A stretch of 64,000 nucleotides of DNA from Pluralibacter sp. (lineage in GTDB: Bacteria; Pseudomonadota; Gammaproteobacteria; Enterobacterales; Enterobacteriaceae), in assembly GCF_019237635.1 (NCBI RefSeq), contig NZ_JAFAGS010000020.1, forward strand, positions 2,197 to 66,196, in the 5' to 3' direction. Below the pieces are notes generated by a model. That model saw only the letters and a list, made by a program, of their open reading frames with translations, ran no database searches and was not told where the DNA came from. The position numbers and the translations under genes were made by a program. This document shows positions 27,363 to 36,873 of this stretch, piece by piece. The stretch's first letter is position 1; the number at the start of each line of letters is the position of its first letter.

Positions 27363-28014
27363 ATTCCTCTTCGTCGGCAATGACCGGTAATGGCCACCCG
27401 CCCATGCGTTTCCAGCGGTTAACAATCTCGCAAAACAGCTGCGCCGTTTGTTCGGTATCGTACAGCGCCGAATGGGCCTGATTGCCGTCAAAGGCCATTC
27501 CCGCGGCGATACAGGCTTTCGAAAGCACGGTTTGTCCCAGCGCCAGCCCGCTCAGGGCGGCAGTATCAAAGGTGACAAACGGGTGGAACGGATTACGCTT
27601 CAGCCCCGCGCGTTCGGCGGCGGCCATCACAAAGCTGTGATCGAACGTGGCATTGTGCGCCACCATGATCGCGCGATTGCAGTTTTGATCCTTAATCCCT
27701 TTACGCACCGCTTTAAAAATGGCGTGCAGGGCGTCGTATTCGCTCACCGCGCCGCGCAGAGGGTCGGACGGATCGATGCCGTTGAAGGCCAGCGCCTCCG
27801 GCACCAGATTGGCGCCTTCGAAGGGCTCGACGTGAAAATGCAGTGTGGTATCCGGCATCAGCCAGCCTTGCTCATCCATTTTTAATGTGATGGCGGCGAC
27901 CTCAAGCAGGGCATCCGTTTTGGCGTTAAAGCCGGCGGTTTCGACATCAATGACTACAGGATAAAAACCACGGAAGCGGTCGCACAGAGCATTACGTTGA
28001 GCGTTGTCGGACAT
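27361..28014 (-). CDS. rnt: Ribonuclease T (217 aa)
   Basis: MSDNAQ...[45 protein letters not shown] matches recalled E. coli RNase T. Confidence 0.95.
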   Translation of the reverse strand: MSDNAQRNALCDRFRGFYPVVIDVETAGFNAKTDALLEVAAITLKMDEQGWLMPDTTLHFHVEPFEGANLVPEALAFNGIDPSDPLRGAVSEYDALHAIFKAVRKGIKDQNCNRAIMVAHNATFDHSFVMAAAERAGLKRNPFHPFVTFDTAALSGLALGQTVLSKACIAAGMAFDGNQAHSALYDTEQTAQLFCEIVNRWKRMGGWPLPVIADEEE

Positions 28015-28123
28015 CTGAATCTCTTAGAACTTAAAAAAAGTAGCGCGCATTATGGCAAATTTTGCCTGATGTTGCAGTAAAAGGCGGGAGGCATAAAAAC
28101 GGGTGCCTGAGCACCCGGGAAAA

Positions 28124-28531
28124 TCAGTTGCCAAGACCTTTGCCAGCGTCTTTCTCTTCAATCAGCTCGATTTTGTAACCGTCCGGATCTTCTACAAAGG
28201 CGATAACGGTAGTACCGCCTTTCACCGGACCCGCTTCACGGGTGACGTTGCCGCCGTTCTTGCGGATACGCTCGCAGGCCTCTGCGGCGTTCTCAACGCT
28301 CAGGGCGATATGACCATACGCGCTGCCGAGGTCATAGCGATCAACGCCCCAGTTATAGGTCAGCTCAATGACGGCTTCTTCGCTTTCAGGGCCGTAGCCG
28401 ACAAAGGCGAGGGAGTACTTATACTCCGGGTTTTCGCTGGTGCGTAGCAGGCTCATGCCCAGAACGTTGGTGTAAAAATTGATGGAGCGTTGCAGGTCGC
28501 CCACACGCAGCATGGTGTGAAGTAAACGCAT
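28124..28531 (-). CDS. gloA: Glyoxalase I (135 aa)
   Basis: [44 protein letters not shown] matches recalled E. coli GloA in sequence and length. Confidence 0.95.
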   Translation of the reverse strand: MRLLHTMLRVGDLQRSINFYTNVLGMSLLRTSENPEYKYSLAFVGYGPESEEAVIELTYNWGVDRYDLGSAYGHIALSVENAAEACERIRKNGGNVTREAGPVKGGTTVIAFVEDPDGYKIELIEEKDAGKGLGN

Positions 28532-28623
28532 TCTCTTCCCCTTAACGTGTTGTATGTCATGAAATCATGAAAGCTAAAGATGCTGAGTATAGCGGCGCAA
28601 GCCCGCCGCTATCAATGCAGGGA

Positions 28624-29721
28624 TTAGAGCGTTGGGTAATCGGTATAGCCTTCTGCCCCGCCGCCATAGAAGCTTTCAGGGCGCTGAGGGTTCAGTTCCG
28701 CTTTGCGTTCCAGGCGGGCGACCAGATCCGGGTTAGCGATATAGGCGCGGCCAAAGGCCACCGCGTCAATCAGCCCTTTGCTGATAAGGTCTTCGGCTTT
28801 TTCCAGCGTATAGGCGCCTGCGCCAATGATAGTGCCGTGGAAACGCTCGCGAACCTGACGACGGAACGCGTCGGTGTACGGCTCGCCGCCAGCCCAGTCG
28901 GGTTCGGACATATGCAGGTAGGCGATGCCGCGCTTGCCGAGCTCCTCAATCAGATACAGCGCGTCGGCTTCTTCGTTCTGGCCGTTATCGGTATTCTGGA
29001 AAGAACCGATTGGCGAAACGCGAATACCGATACGGTCTGCTCGCCATGCGTCGCTGACGGCATCAACCACTTCCAGCACCAGGCGGGCGCGGTTTTCGAT
29101 GCTGCCGCCGTACTGGTCGGTACGGTGGTTAGCACAAGGGGACAGGAACTGGTGCAGCAGGTAGCCATGAGCGGAGTGCAGTTCCGCCAGGTCGAAACCC
29201 GCTTCACGCGCGTTGATGACCGCCTGACGGAAGTCGTTCACGATACCCGGGATTTCATGGGTCTCCAGCGCGCGCGGGACCGACGTATCAACGCGGATCG
29301 CATGCCCCTTTTCATCACGCAGGGAGGTGCGGGTTCCGGCGCTCAGCGCGGACGGCGCGACGGGTGCCTGGCCGCCAGGCTGAATGCTGTGATGAGAAAT
29401 TCGGCCGGTGTGCCACAGCTGAACGGCGATGTGGCCGTTTTCCGCGTGCACGCCGTCAGTGATTTTTTTCCAGGCCGCCATCTGTTCCGCACTGTGCAGA
29501 CCAGGAGCGCCGGCATAGCCTTTCGCCTGTGCGGAAATTTGCGTCGCCTCCGTGATAATCAATCCGGCGCTGGCGCGCTGGCGGTAGTATTCGCCCATCA
29601 GCGGCGTTGGGATATCGCCGGGTTCAATGCTGCGCAGACGCGTCAATGGGGCCATCAATACGCGATTCGGCACAGTAATAGCGCCCATCTTAAGCGGGGT
29701 AAACAGTTTTTGTTGTGACAT
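28624..29721 (-). CDS. nemA: N-ethylmaleimide reductase, OYE-family flavoprotein (365 aa)
   Basis: The length is that of E. coli NemA (365 aa). OYE motifs are present ([23 protein letters not shown]..., [14 protein letters not shown]). It lies in the nemR-nemA-gloA order. Confidence 0.93.
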   Translation of the reverse strand: MSQQKLFTPLKMGAITVPNRVLMAPLTRLRSIEPGDIPTPLMGEYYRQRASAGLIITEATQISAQAKGYAGAPGLHSAEQMAAWKKITDGVHAENGHIAVQLWHTGRISHHSIQPGGQAPVAPSALSAGTRTSLRDEKGHAIRVDTSVPRALETHEIPGIVNDFRQAVINAREAGFDLAELHSAHGYLLHQFLSPCANHRTDQYGGSIENRARLVLEVVDAVSDAWRADRIGIRVSPIGSFQNTDNGQNEEADALYLIEELGKRGIAYLHMSEPDWAGGEPYTDAFRRQVRERFHGTIIGAGAYTLEKAEDLISKGLIDAVAFGRAYIANPDLVARLERKAELNPQRPESFYGGGAEGYTDYPTL

Positions 29722-29774
29722 GATGTCTCCTGAGTAGACCGGTCGACTAGTTATGAATTAAATAAAAGCGCCAG

Positions 29775-30374
29775 TTAACGTACTGGCGCCGCAATGATGG
29801 TATTGGCGTGGGCAAGGGCGCTTTCCAGCGGCGTTGCGCTACGCGAAATCTTGGCCTGCAGGTTTGCGCCGAGCCACAGTGAGTAAAGCACCTGCGCCTG
29901 AGTATGGGCGTCGCCGTGAAACGTCAGGCTGCCTTCCTGAAACCCTTTCTCCAGCGCCTGCGCCAGCAGCACAATAATCTGGCTGGCGCCGTTGTTCATG
30001 GCTTCCCGCATAACCTCGGACAGGTCGCACACTTCGGCGGACAATTTGACCGTCAGGCAACCGCTGATAATTCCCTGCTGGCAAAACTGGTTCAGCGTCT
30101 GCTGATAATAGGCCATCAGGCGATCGCGATAGTTGCCCGCGCCGGTGGCGAAATGTTCCGCCAGTCGACGATGGTAGTCGGCATAGTGACGCTCCAGCAT
30201 CGCGACGCCGAACGCTTCTTTTGAGCGGAAATAATGGTAAAAAGAGCCTTTTGGCACTTCCGCCGTTTTTAACAGTTCGCTAAGCCCCATTCCGGTGAAG
30301 CCGCGATGCATGCACAGCTTCTCGCCGGTGGCGAGGATATGTTCACGCGTGTCATGTTCAGTGTGTCTGTTCAT
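29775..30374 (-). CDS. nemR: TetR-family electrophile-sensing repressor NemR (199 aa)
   Basis: ATG at 30374 gives MNRHTEHDTREHILATGEKLC, against E. coli MNKHTEHDTREHLLATGEQLC at 199 aa. The ORF-track start at 30383 is a GTG three codons upstream. Confidence 0.9.
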   Translation of the reverse strand: MNRHTEHDTREHILATGEKLCMHRGFTGMGLSELLKTAEVPKGSFYHYFRSKEAFGVAMLERHYADYHRRLAEHFATGAGNYRDRLMAYYQQTLNQFCQQGIISGCLTVKLSAEVCDLSEVMREAMNNGASQIIVLLAQALEKGFQEGSLTFHGDAHTQAQVLYSLWLGANLQAKISRSATPLESALAHANTIIAAPVR

Positions 30375-30388
30375 GCGATTCACTGTAG

Positions 30389-30404
30389 TAGACCGATTGG
30401 TCTA
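30389..30404. promoter_or_regulatory. NemR operator palindrome TAGACCGATTGGTCTA
   Basis: Perfect 6+6 inverted repeat TAGACC-N4-GGTCTA, 15 nt upstream of the nemR ATG. It matches the recalled NemR box. Confidence 0.7.
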
Positions 30405-30481
30405 ATGCAAGTGGAAAATGATTCTGGCTTGCGGGACGCGCATTAACAGGCTTCAATAAAAGAACAAACAAAGGGGGAACG

Positions 30482-30721
30482 GTGGCGGAACAGCTTGAGT
30501 TTTTCCCGGTACAAAGCCCGTGCCGCGGAATTTGCCAGTCGGATGAGCGGGGCTATTGCCGCGGCTGTATGCGCAGCCGGGACGAACGTTTCTACTGGCA
30601 AAGTATGAGCGATGCGCAAAAGCAGGACGTGCTCCGCCTCTGCCGCCAGCGCCTGCTGCGCAAAATCCGCGCAAACAAAGCTATTCCTGCCGAAGATCCT
30701 GATCAACCCTCACTGTTTTGA
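30482..30721 (+). CDS. ydhL: DUF1289 family Cys-rich protein YdhL (79 aa)
   Basis: GTG start. (M)AEQLEFFPVQSPCRGICQSDERG.CRGC.RSRDERF matches recalled E. coli YdhL in sequence and length. Confidence 0.85.
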   Translation: MAEQLEFFPVQSPCRGICQSDERGYCRGCMRSRDERFYWQSMSDAQKQDVLRLCRQRLLRKIRANKAIPAEDPDQPSLF

Positions 30722-30769
30722 CCGCAGATTTGCGTATACTCGATGAAATTTTTCTGTTGAGGAAGTTTT

Positions 30770-31666
30770 ATGGTTCAGCGTATTACACTCGCGCCTCAGG
30801 GCCCGGAATTTTCCCGTTTTGTAATGGGTTACTGGCGTCTGATGGACTGGAACATGTCCCCGCAACAGCTGGTCGGCTTTATTGAAGAGCATCTTGACCT
30901 GGGGGTGACCACCGTTGACCACGCTGATATTTATGGCGGTTATCAGTGTGAAGCCGCGTTTGGCGAGGCGATGAAGCTTGCGCCGCATCTGCGGACGAAA
31001 ATGGAGATCGTCAGCAAATGCGGGATCGCCACCACCGCCCGGGCGGAAAACGCCATCGGCCATTACATTACTGACCGCAATCATATCGTCCTCAGCGCGG
31101 AGCAGTCGCTGAAGAATCTGGCGACGGACCATCTGGATCTACTGCTTATCCACCGTCCTGACCCGCTGATGGATGCCGATGAGGTGGCTGAAGCCTTCCA
31201 GACGCTGCATCAGAGCGGAAAAGTGCGCCATTTCGGCGTATCGAACTTTACCCCGGCGCAGTTCTCGTTGTTGCAGTCACGCCTGCCGTTTACGCTTGCC
31301 ACCAACCAGCTGGAAATTTCCCCGGTGCACCAGCCGCTGCTGCTTGACGGTACCCTGGATCAGCTACAGCAGTTGCGTATTCGCCCGATGGCGTGGTCGT
31401 GCCTGGGCGGCGGTCGTCTGTTTAATGATGAGGCCTTCCAGCCGCTGCGCGATGAGCTGGCGACGGTGGCGCACGAAATGAACGCGGCGAGCATTGAGCA
31501 GGTGGTGTATGCGTGGGTGCTGCGTCTGCCGTCGAAGCCGCTACCGATTATCGGTTCCGGCAAAATTGAGCGCGTGCGTTCGGCTGTTGCCTCACAGGCG
31601 GTGCATATGACGCGTCAGCAGTGGTTCCGGATCCGTAAAGCGGCGCTGGGCTACGACGTGCCTTAA
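30770..31666 (+). CDS. ydhF: Aldo-keto reductase YdhF (298 aa)
   Basis: RBS gaggaag precedes the start. AKR motifs are present (TTVDHADIYGGYQCE, DLLLIHRPD) and the length equals E. coli YdhF. Confidence 0.9.
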   Translation: MVQRITLAPQGPEFSRFVMGYWRLMDWNMSPQQLVGFIEEHLDLGVTTVDHADIYGGYQCEAAFGEAMKLAPHLRTKMEIVSKCGIATTARAENAIGHYITDRNHIVLSAEQSLKNLATDHLDLLLIHRPDPLMDADEVAEAFQTLHQSGKVRHFGVSNFTPAQFSLLQSRLPFTLATNQLEISPVHQPLLLDGTLDQLQQLRIRPMAWSCLGGGRLFNDEAFQPLRDELATVAHEMNAASIEQVVYAWVLRLPSKPLPIIGSGKIERVRSAVASQAVHMTRQQWFRIRKAALGYDVP

Positions 31667-31695
31667 GCGGCGGTTCTTCTCCATCAACGGACGGC

Positions 31696-33720
31696 TCAGG
31701 CCGTCCGTTCCGTTATGGTTCCCTCAGTGGGCGCCTGCTCCAGTTGTGACAGCGAGCAGTGCAGCCGCCAGATAATCGACGCCAGTTCCCGCGCGGCAGG
31801 TTGATGGTGGTGCGAAAGCGCATCGCAAATACGCTGCAACTCGTTCAGCGCTGAGGCCAGCGGCCGTTGCTGAACCCCGCGCTCGCTCATGACGTCACGC
31901 AACAGACCGATACAGATGTCGCGTACCTGCACCAGCGGATCAGAGCGCGTTTGCCAGTCGCGAAGCTGCCACACGACGTGAGTGCAGTTCAACAACACGA
32001 CGCCCCAGCGCAGCAGCCAGCGACGCGCCAGTGCATCCTGGCTGTTGCTGAGCTGGCTGATGCGGTGGTAAACCAGCGATTCAAATTCATGTTCGCTCTG
32101 CTGTGGATGACGGCTGAGTTGATCGACAAAGTGACGCCGTAACGCCCGGATGTGGCGACGGCTTTTCCGGGCGTCAGAACCGGGTTTCAGCACGGCAAAG
32201 GCCAGCCACGCCAGCCCCACGCCGAGGATTTTAGCCAGATTGTCGTTAAGGAATGAGTCGAAGTCGTAGGTCGGCGGATTGGTGACCGAAATGAACGAAC
32301 CCATAAACACAATGAGTTGTCCCCACAAACCGGCAAGCTTCGGCATCTGCAATTTGAGTAGCTGCATGGTTGTCAGCAGCGGGAACAAAAACAGCAGGAA
32401 CTGCCAGAGATCGCTGATTTGCACCATCAGGCCGAATTTCACGACAAAGCTGAACGCCGAGAGCAGCAGCAGCGTTCGCAGCAGCAGCGTCAGGGAATTA
32501 AACGGCGAAGGCGACGCGGAATAGAGCACACAGCAGATGGCGGCAAGCGTCAGCGCCGCTGGACCGGATGACCACTGGGCGCTGATGCTCCAGCCGCCGA
32601 CGGTCACCAGCGCGCAGAAGGTGCGAATGCCGTTCCACAGCGCTTCCGCATGGTCGGTATTACGGGTTAATGCCGGCGCCTGCGGAACCGTGAACTCGGA
32701 AATAGCGGAAGCATTCTCCAGCCGATGCAACCACTGGCTTGAGCGTAAATAGAGGCGACAGAAGTAGCGCAGGCGCTGCCAGAATGCCTGGTGACGGTAA
32801 TCCAGCGGATCGACCGGCGCCAGCGGGGCGATAATTTTGGCAATGGTGTAAACATCAATATCCGGTCGCGCCAGCGCTTTTAGCAGCGTTTCGATAATCT
32901 CACGGGTGTTTTCCGGTGGCGTCGGCCAGTTCAGGAGCATACGTCGCAGACTGGAGATCACGCTGGTTAAACGCAACTGCTGGTGGAGCAAGTAGTTGAG
33001 CAGCCGGTTCTGACGGCGAAAGCGATAATGGCTCCAGAATGCCTGAATACGCAGCAGGTTCATGGTCAGGATCTGGCCGATGACGCTTTCATGCGCGGTG
33101 CGAATCGCATCGGAGGTTTCAGGTTGCCAGAGCAGGCTGGCGTGTTCCAGGATGCGGGCATGCATATTTTTGAGCGCGGTCAGCAGCGCATTGCCGTCCG
33201 ACGTGCTGGGCATGATCATCATCATCAGCGCCCCGCTCAACAACCCGACAAGCACTTCGCATACGCGGGCCTGGGCGATTTCCCAGAGTTGCGTGGCGTC
33301 AACGATGTTAATCACCGGAAAAGCGATGATCGCGCAGGTATACCCGGCAAGCTGGAACGCATAGGCGGCGTTGTTGGTAAACATCGCGCACGCCCAGGTG
33401 CAGAAGGCAAGCCACGCCGACATGCTGAACAGGAAGAACCACGGATCGGTCAGCGTGTGGCCGGCGATGACCAGCGCGGCGCAGGCGCCAAGCAGGCTAC
33501 CGGCGATGCGGCCAATGCTTTTACTGATAACCCCGCCAACGGTCGGGAAGCTGACGACGGCGGCAGACGTCATGGCCCAGTAGGGTTCATCCAGATTGAG
33601 GTAATAGGCAAAGCTCAGCGCCAGGCACATCGCAATACCGTTGCGCAGCGCATAGCGCCACTGCGGCCTCGTCGCCCTTATCCAGGGAAGCGCGCGCCAG
33701 GACAGGCTCTGAAGCGCCAT
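31696..33720 (-). CDS. ydhK: FUSC/AaeB-like efflux inner-membrane protein YdhK (674 aa)
   Basis: ...[57 protein letters not shown] matches recalled E. coli YdhK. The start overlaps the ydhJ stop (TAATG). Confidence 0.9.
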   Translation of the reverse strand: MALQSLSWRALPWIRATRPQWRYALRNGIAMCLALSFAYYLNLDEPYWAMTSAAVVSFPTVGGVISKSIGRIAGSLLGACAALVIAGHTLTDPWFFLFSMSAWLAFCTWACAMFTNNAAYAFQLAGYTCAIIAFPVINIVDATQLWEIAQARVCEVLVGLLSGALMMMIMPSTSDGNALLTALKNMHARILEHASLLWQPETSDAIRTAHESVIGQILTMNLLRIQAFWSHYRFRRQNRLLNYLLHQQLRLTSVISSLRRMLLNWPTPPENTREIIETLLKALARPDIDVYTIAKIIAPLAPVDPLDYRHQAFWQRLRYFCRLYLRSSQWLHRLENASAISEFTVPQAPALTRNTDHAEALWNGIRTFCALVTVGGWSISAQWSSGPAALTLAAICCVLYSASPSPFNSLTLLLRTLLLLSAFSFVVKFGLMVQISDLWQFLLFLFPLLTTMQLLKLQMPKLAGLWGQLIVFMGSFISVTNPPTYDFDSFLNDNLAKILGVGLAWLAFAVLKPGSDARKSRRHIRALRRHFVDQLSRHPQQSEHEFESLVYHRISQLSNSQDALARRWLLRWGVVLLNCTHVVWQLRDWQTRSDPLVQVRDICIGLLRDVMSERGVQQRPLASALNELQRICDALSHHHQPAARELASIIWRLHCSLSQLEQAPTEGTITERTA

Positions 33721-34574
33721 TATTTACCGCCGATGGAGACGGTGCAGGTGGTCCCGGAGACCAGCGTCAGAGAGTCGGGTGAGGTGTCGAACTCAATGCG
33801 TACCGGCACGCGCTGTGCCAGCCGTACCCACGGAATTGTCGGCTTAATATCCGCAACCAGCTGACTATCGCTGGCAACGCTCTGGTCGTTAATCGCACGA
33901 CCGATGCTGGATACGTGACCCTGTAACGTTTGGCTGTTACTATAGAGCACAATTGTCGCCTTATCGCCGGGTTTGATATGCCGCAGCTTGGTCTCTTCAA
34001 AGTAGCCGACCACGTAAAACGAATGGCTGTCGACGAGCGCGAAAACCGGATGTCCGACGGCGGCGTAGTCGCCCGGGCGGGTCGACAGATTGGTGACCCA
34101 GCCGTCGACCGGCGCCTTAACCACCGTTTGTCCTAATTGCCAGCGGGCGTGTTCCAGTGCCGCATTTGCGGCTTCAACATTGGCTTTTGCCGCCTGTAGC
34201 GCAATAGTGACCGTGTCGAGATCTTCTGCGGAGATAAAGTTTTTTGGTAGTCCCTGACGGCGATCGGCTTCATGTCGGGCTTTCGCCTGTTCCGTTTGCG
34301 CTTTAGCCAGCTGCGCCTGGGCGGTCATCACCGCAATGCGGTAGGGCGTGTCGTCGAGACGAAACAGCACGTCGCCCGCGTTGACTCGCTGGTTATCACG
34401 GACGTTAAGCTCGATAATGCTGCCGGAAACCTGCGGCGTGACGCTCACTTGCTCAGCCCGAACTTTACCATCGCGAGTCCATGGCGATTGCATATAATAA
34501 TTCCAGACCAGCCAGACGGCGATAATGGCGAGTGCCGCGACCAGTAACGTCGAGAAATATTTTAGTTTTTTCAT
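33720..34574 (-). CDS. ydhJ: HlyD-family membrane fusion protein YdhJ (284 aa)
   Basis: Single N-terminal TM segment followed by a coiled-coil and barrel pattern. It sits between ydhI and ydhK as in E. coli. Confidence 0.9.
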   Translation of the reverse strand: MKKLKYFSTLLVAALAIIAVWLVWNYYMQSPWTRDGKVRAEQVSVTPQVSGSIIELNVRDNQRVNAGDVLFRLDDTPYRIAVMTAQAQLAKAQTEQAKARHEADRRQGLPKNFISAEDLDTVTIALQAAKANVEAANAALEHARWQLGQTVVKAPVDGWVTNLSTRPGDYAAVGHPVFALVDSHSFYVVGYFEETKLRHIKPGDKATIVLYSNSQTLQGHVSSIGRAINDQSVASDSQLVADIKPTIPWVRLAQRVPVRIEFDTSPDSLTLVSGTTCTVSIGGK

Positions 34575-34583
34575 CTTATAATC

Positions 34584-34820
34584 TTACCACTCGACAATCA
34601 GAACCAGAGACAGGCAAACGGACAGCGCGAACAGGGACAAATCCATCAGCATGGGGTGCCAGATATCACCTGCGTACATCCAGTCACGCAGCGTACGGTG
34701 AACGATAAGCCAGAGGAGAAAACCCAGCATCACCGCTTTAAACAAGGGGGGAAAATAAATGGACGCACCGACGATCAGATCCTGAAGGGGTAATCCCGAG
34801 GTAGTTAGCATCAGCTTCAC
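34584..34820 (-). CDS. ydhI: DUF1656 small inner-membrane protein YdhI (about 78 aa)
   Basis: Two TM segments, in operon position upstream of ydhJ. I chose the GTG start at 34820 (RBS aaagga about 9 nt upstream, giving 78 aa as in E. coli). TTG at 34826 and ATG at 34811 are alternatives. Confidence 0.75.
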   Translation of the reverse strand: MKLMLTTSGLPLQDLIVGASIYFPPLFKAVMLGFLLWLIVHRTLRDWMYAGDIWHPMLMDLSLFALSVCLSLVLIVEW

Positions 34821-34970
34821 GAGCAAAAATCCTTTGCAAAAGCAGAATTATGGGTTGAAAGATGTGATGGGCTTAAATATTTATAGGTGTAAATCATGGT
34901 GATGACCAACTGAGATGAGGCATTCCATTTGTTTTGGTAATTCAAATGCTGCACACTATTCTAAAATCAG

Positions 34971-34991
34971 TATAATAACTTAGCAAGCTAA
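34971..34991 (+). promoter_or_regulatory. slyA promoter -10 (TATAAT) and SlyA autoregulatory palindrome TTAGCAAGCTAA
   Basis: TATAAT lies at 34971-34976. A perfect 12-bp SlyA consensus lies at 34980-34991, directly before the slyA RBS (aagga, 34996-35000). Confidence 0.7.
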
Positions 34992-35001
34992 TTATAAGGA
35001 G

Positions 35002-35442
35002 ATGAAATTGGAATCGCCATTAGGTTCTGATCTGGCACGGTTAGTGCGCATCTGGCGTGCTCTGATTGACCATCGCCTGAAACCTCTGGAGTTAACGCAG
35101 ACGCACTGGGTCACGCTGCATAATATTCATCAGCTGCCGCCCGAACAGTCGCAAATTCAACTGGCTAAAGCGATCGGCATCGAGCAGCCGTCACTGGTAC
35201 GTACGCTTGATCAGTTGGAAGAAAAGGGGCTGATTTCTCGTCAGACCTGTGCCAATGACCGCCGCGCCAAACGCATTAAGCTGACCGAAAAAGCAGAACC
35301 GCTCATTGATGAGATGGAGCTGGTTATTCGAAAAACCCGGGGGGAAATTTTGTCCGGGATTTCTGTGCAGGAACTGGAGGTGTTGCTCGGTTTAATCCGT
35401 AAACTGGAGCAAAACATTATCGAGCTGCAGTCCAAAGACTGA
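35002..35442 (+). CDS. slyA: MarR-family virulence/stress regulator SlyA (146 aa)
   Basis: [72 protein letters not shown] is identical over this stretch to recalled E. coli and Salmonella SlyA. Confidence 0.97.
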   Translation: MKLESPLGSDLARLVRIWRALIDHRLKPLELTQTHWVTLHNIHQLPPEQSQIQLAKAIGIEQPSLVRTLDQLEEKGLISRQTCANDRRAKRIKLTEKAEPLIDEMELVIRKTRGEILSGISVQELEVLLGLIRKLEQNIIELQSKD

Positions 35443-35469
35443 TGGATAGTGGAATAGAGTGGAATAACG

Positions 35470-35502
35470 AAGGCCTTGTGGTTACAAGGCCTTTTTCTTT
35501 TT
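35470..35502 (+). terminator. Rho-independent terminator of slyA
   Basis: Stem AAGGCCTTGT-ggtt-ACAAGGCCTT is followed by TTTTCTTTTT. Confidence 0.8.
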
Positions 35503-35538
35503 GGTATTGCGCTCATGCGCGGGTGTTAAATAAGCCGG

Positions 35539-36810
35539 TCAGCCTTGCGGCGGTGTCCCTTCAGCATTCGATAACACTACCTCTATTTGTACTAATGCCC
35601 CGGCAGGCAGCGCCGCGACGCCGACGGTACGGCGCGCCGGTATCCCCCGCGGGAAAAAGGCGGCATACACCTGGTCGACAGCGGCAGCATCGTCGATATT
35701 CTTCAAAAACAGGTTCACTTTCACGACGTCATCCAGGCGGTGGCCAATACTCTCAACAATGGTTCTGATATTTTTCAGACACTGTTCGGCCTGCGCCGGG
35801 ACGCCGCCTGCGATAATGTTGCCCGTCTCCGCCACGAGGGGAAGCTGCGCCGACAGGTGGTTGTAGTGCGAAAACGCCACTGTCTGTGTGGACAGCGCGC
35901 AGCGCGGGGCGTCAGGGGTGTTGTGGGGCTTAACGATAATGCCATGGCGGTCCTCAACGCGCTGCGGCGGGGTACCGTCGCCGTGGGAAACCACGGCTTC
36001 AATTTGCACCCTGGCGCCAAGCGGCAGCGCGCTGGCGCAGACGAACGTTCTGGCCGGAAAGTAGGCGGCGGCTCTGGCGATGGCCGAATCCGGGAAGAAG
36101 GTGGTGTAGATCTCGTCAACGGCAGGGCTATCGGCAAGATCCGCGAGGAAAATCGTCATTTTCACAATATCGTCGAAGGGAACATCAATGCTTTCCAGGA
36201 CAGCATTAATATTTTTCAGGCACTGCGCCGTCTGCGCTTTGATGCCGCCGTTCACCAGACTGCCGGTTTTCGGGTCGACGGGTAACTGCGCGGAGAGATT
36301 GTTGTAATGAGAGAACGCCACGGTCTGCGACGAGTGTAAACTTTCGGGCGCGTGAGGCGTATTTCTTGCCAGTTTTATCAGATCGCCTGCCTGCGGCGCC
36401 TGAGGAATGGTGCCTTCGCCGTTGGCGACCAGCGCCTCAATTTGCACTAAGGCGTCCATTGGCAATGCAGCCACTGCGACTGCCGTCAGCGCGGGGACGT
36501 AGTGCGGGAAAAAGGTGCGGTACACGTCGGTGACCGCATCAAGATCGGTGATGTTTTTAACAAACACGGTCACTTTGACAATATCGTTCATTATATGATC
36601 GATACTGGCTAAAATGGCGCTGATGTTGATAAGGCACTGCCTGGTTTGCTCCTGTATTCCACCGTCGACGCGTTTCCCGCTGACAGGATCAACCGGCAGC
36701 TGCGCGGAGATATGGTTGTAGTGCGAAAAGGCCACGGTCTGAGAATAGCGGCCTGAAGCGTCCGGCGCATTGCGGGTATTGCGGGCTAACACTGCGTTGT
36801 AACCACTCAT
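35539..36810 (-). CDS. Triple-domain RidA/YjgF/L-PSP family protein, three tandem Rid domains in one chain (423 aa)
   Basis: Three internal repeats of about 140 aa each carry SQTVAFSHYN(H/N)(I/L)SAQLP...G(G)(I/V).(E/A)Q(T/A).QCL.NI...(L/V)ESI...D(I/V)VK...F(L/V)...(LP)...VQIE.(L/V)V. This pattern is typical of RidA. Confidence 0.85.
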   Translation of the reverse strand: MSGYNAVLARNTRNAPDASGRYSQTVAFSHYNHISAQLPVDPVSGKRVDGGIQEQTRQCLINISAILASIDHIMNDIVKVTVFVKNITDLDAVTDVYRTFFPHYVPALTAVAVAALPMDALVQIEALVANGEGTIPQAPQAGDLIKLARNTPHAPESLHSSQTVAFSHYNNLSAQLPVDPKTGSLVNGGIKAQTAQCLKNINAVLESIDVPFDDIVKMTIFLADLADSPAVDEIYTTFFPDSAIARAAAYFPARTFVCASALPLGARVQIEAVVSHGDGTPPQRVEDRHGIIVKPHNTPDAPRCALSTQTVAFSHYNHLSAQLPLVAETGNIIAGGVPAQAEQCLKNIRTIVESIGHRLDDVVKVNLFLKNIDDAAAVDQVYAAFFPRGIPARRTVGVAALPAGALVQIEVVLSNAEGTPPQG

Positions 36811-36873
36811 GATCGTATTTACCTGTTGGGTTGACTAAATTATTAGCGTGTAAAAAACGGTGCAAAGGGTGTG

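Noticed and set aside
28567-29718. 383-aa plus-strand ORF opposite nemA
   Set aside because: It is antisense to NemA, and its translation is rich in Arg, Ala and Gly.
32983-33864. 293-aa plus-strand ORF opposite ydhK/ydhJ
   Set aside because: It is an antisense shadow spanning a gene junction.
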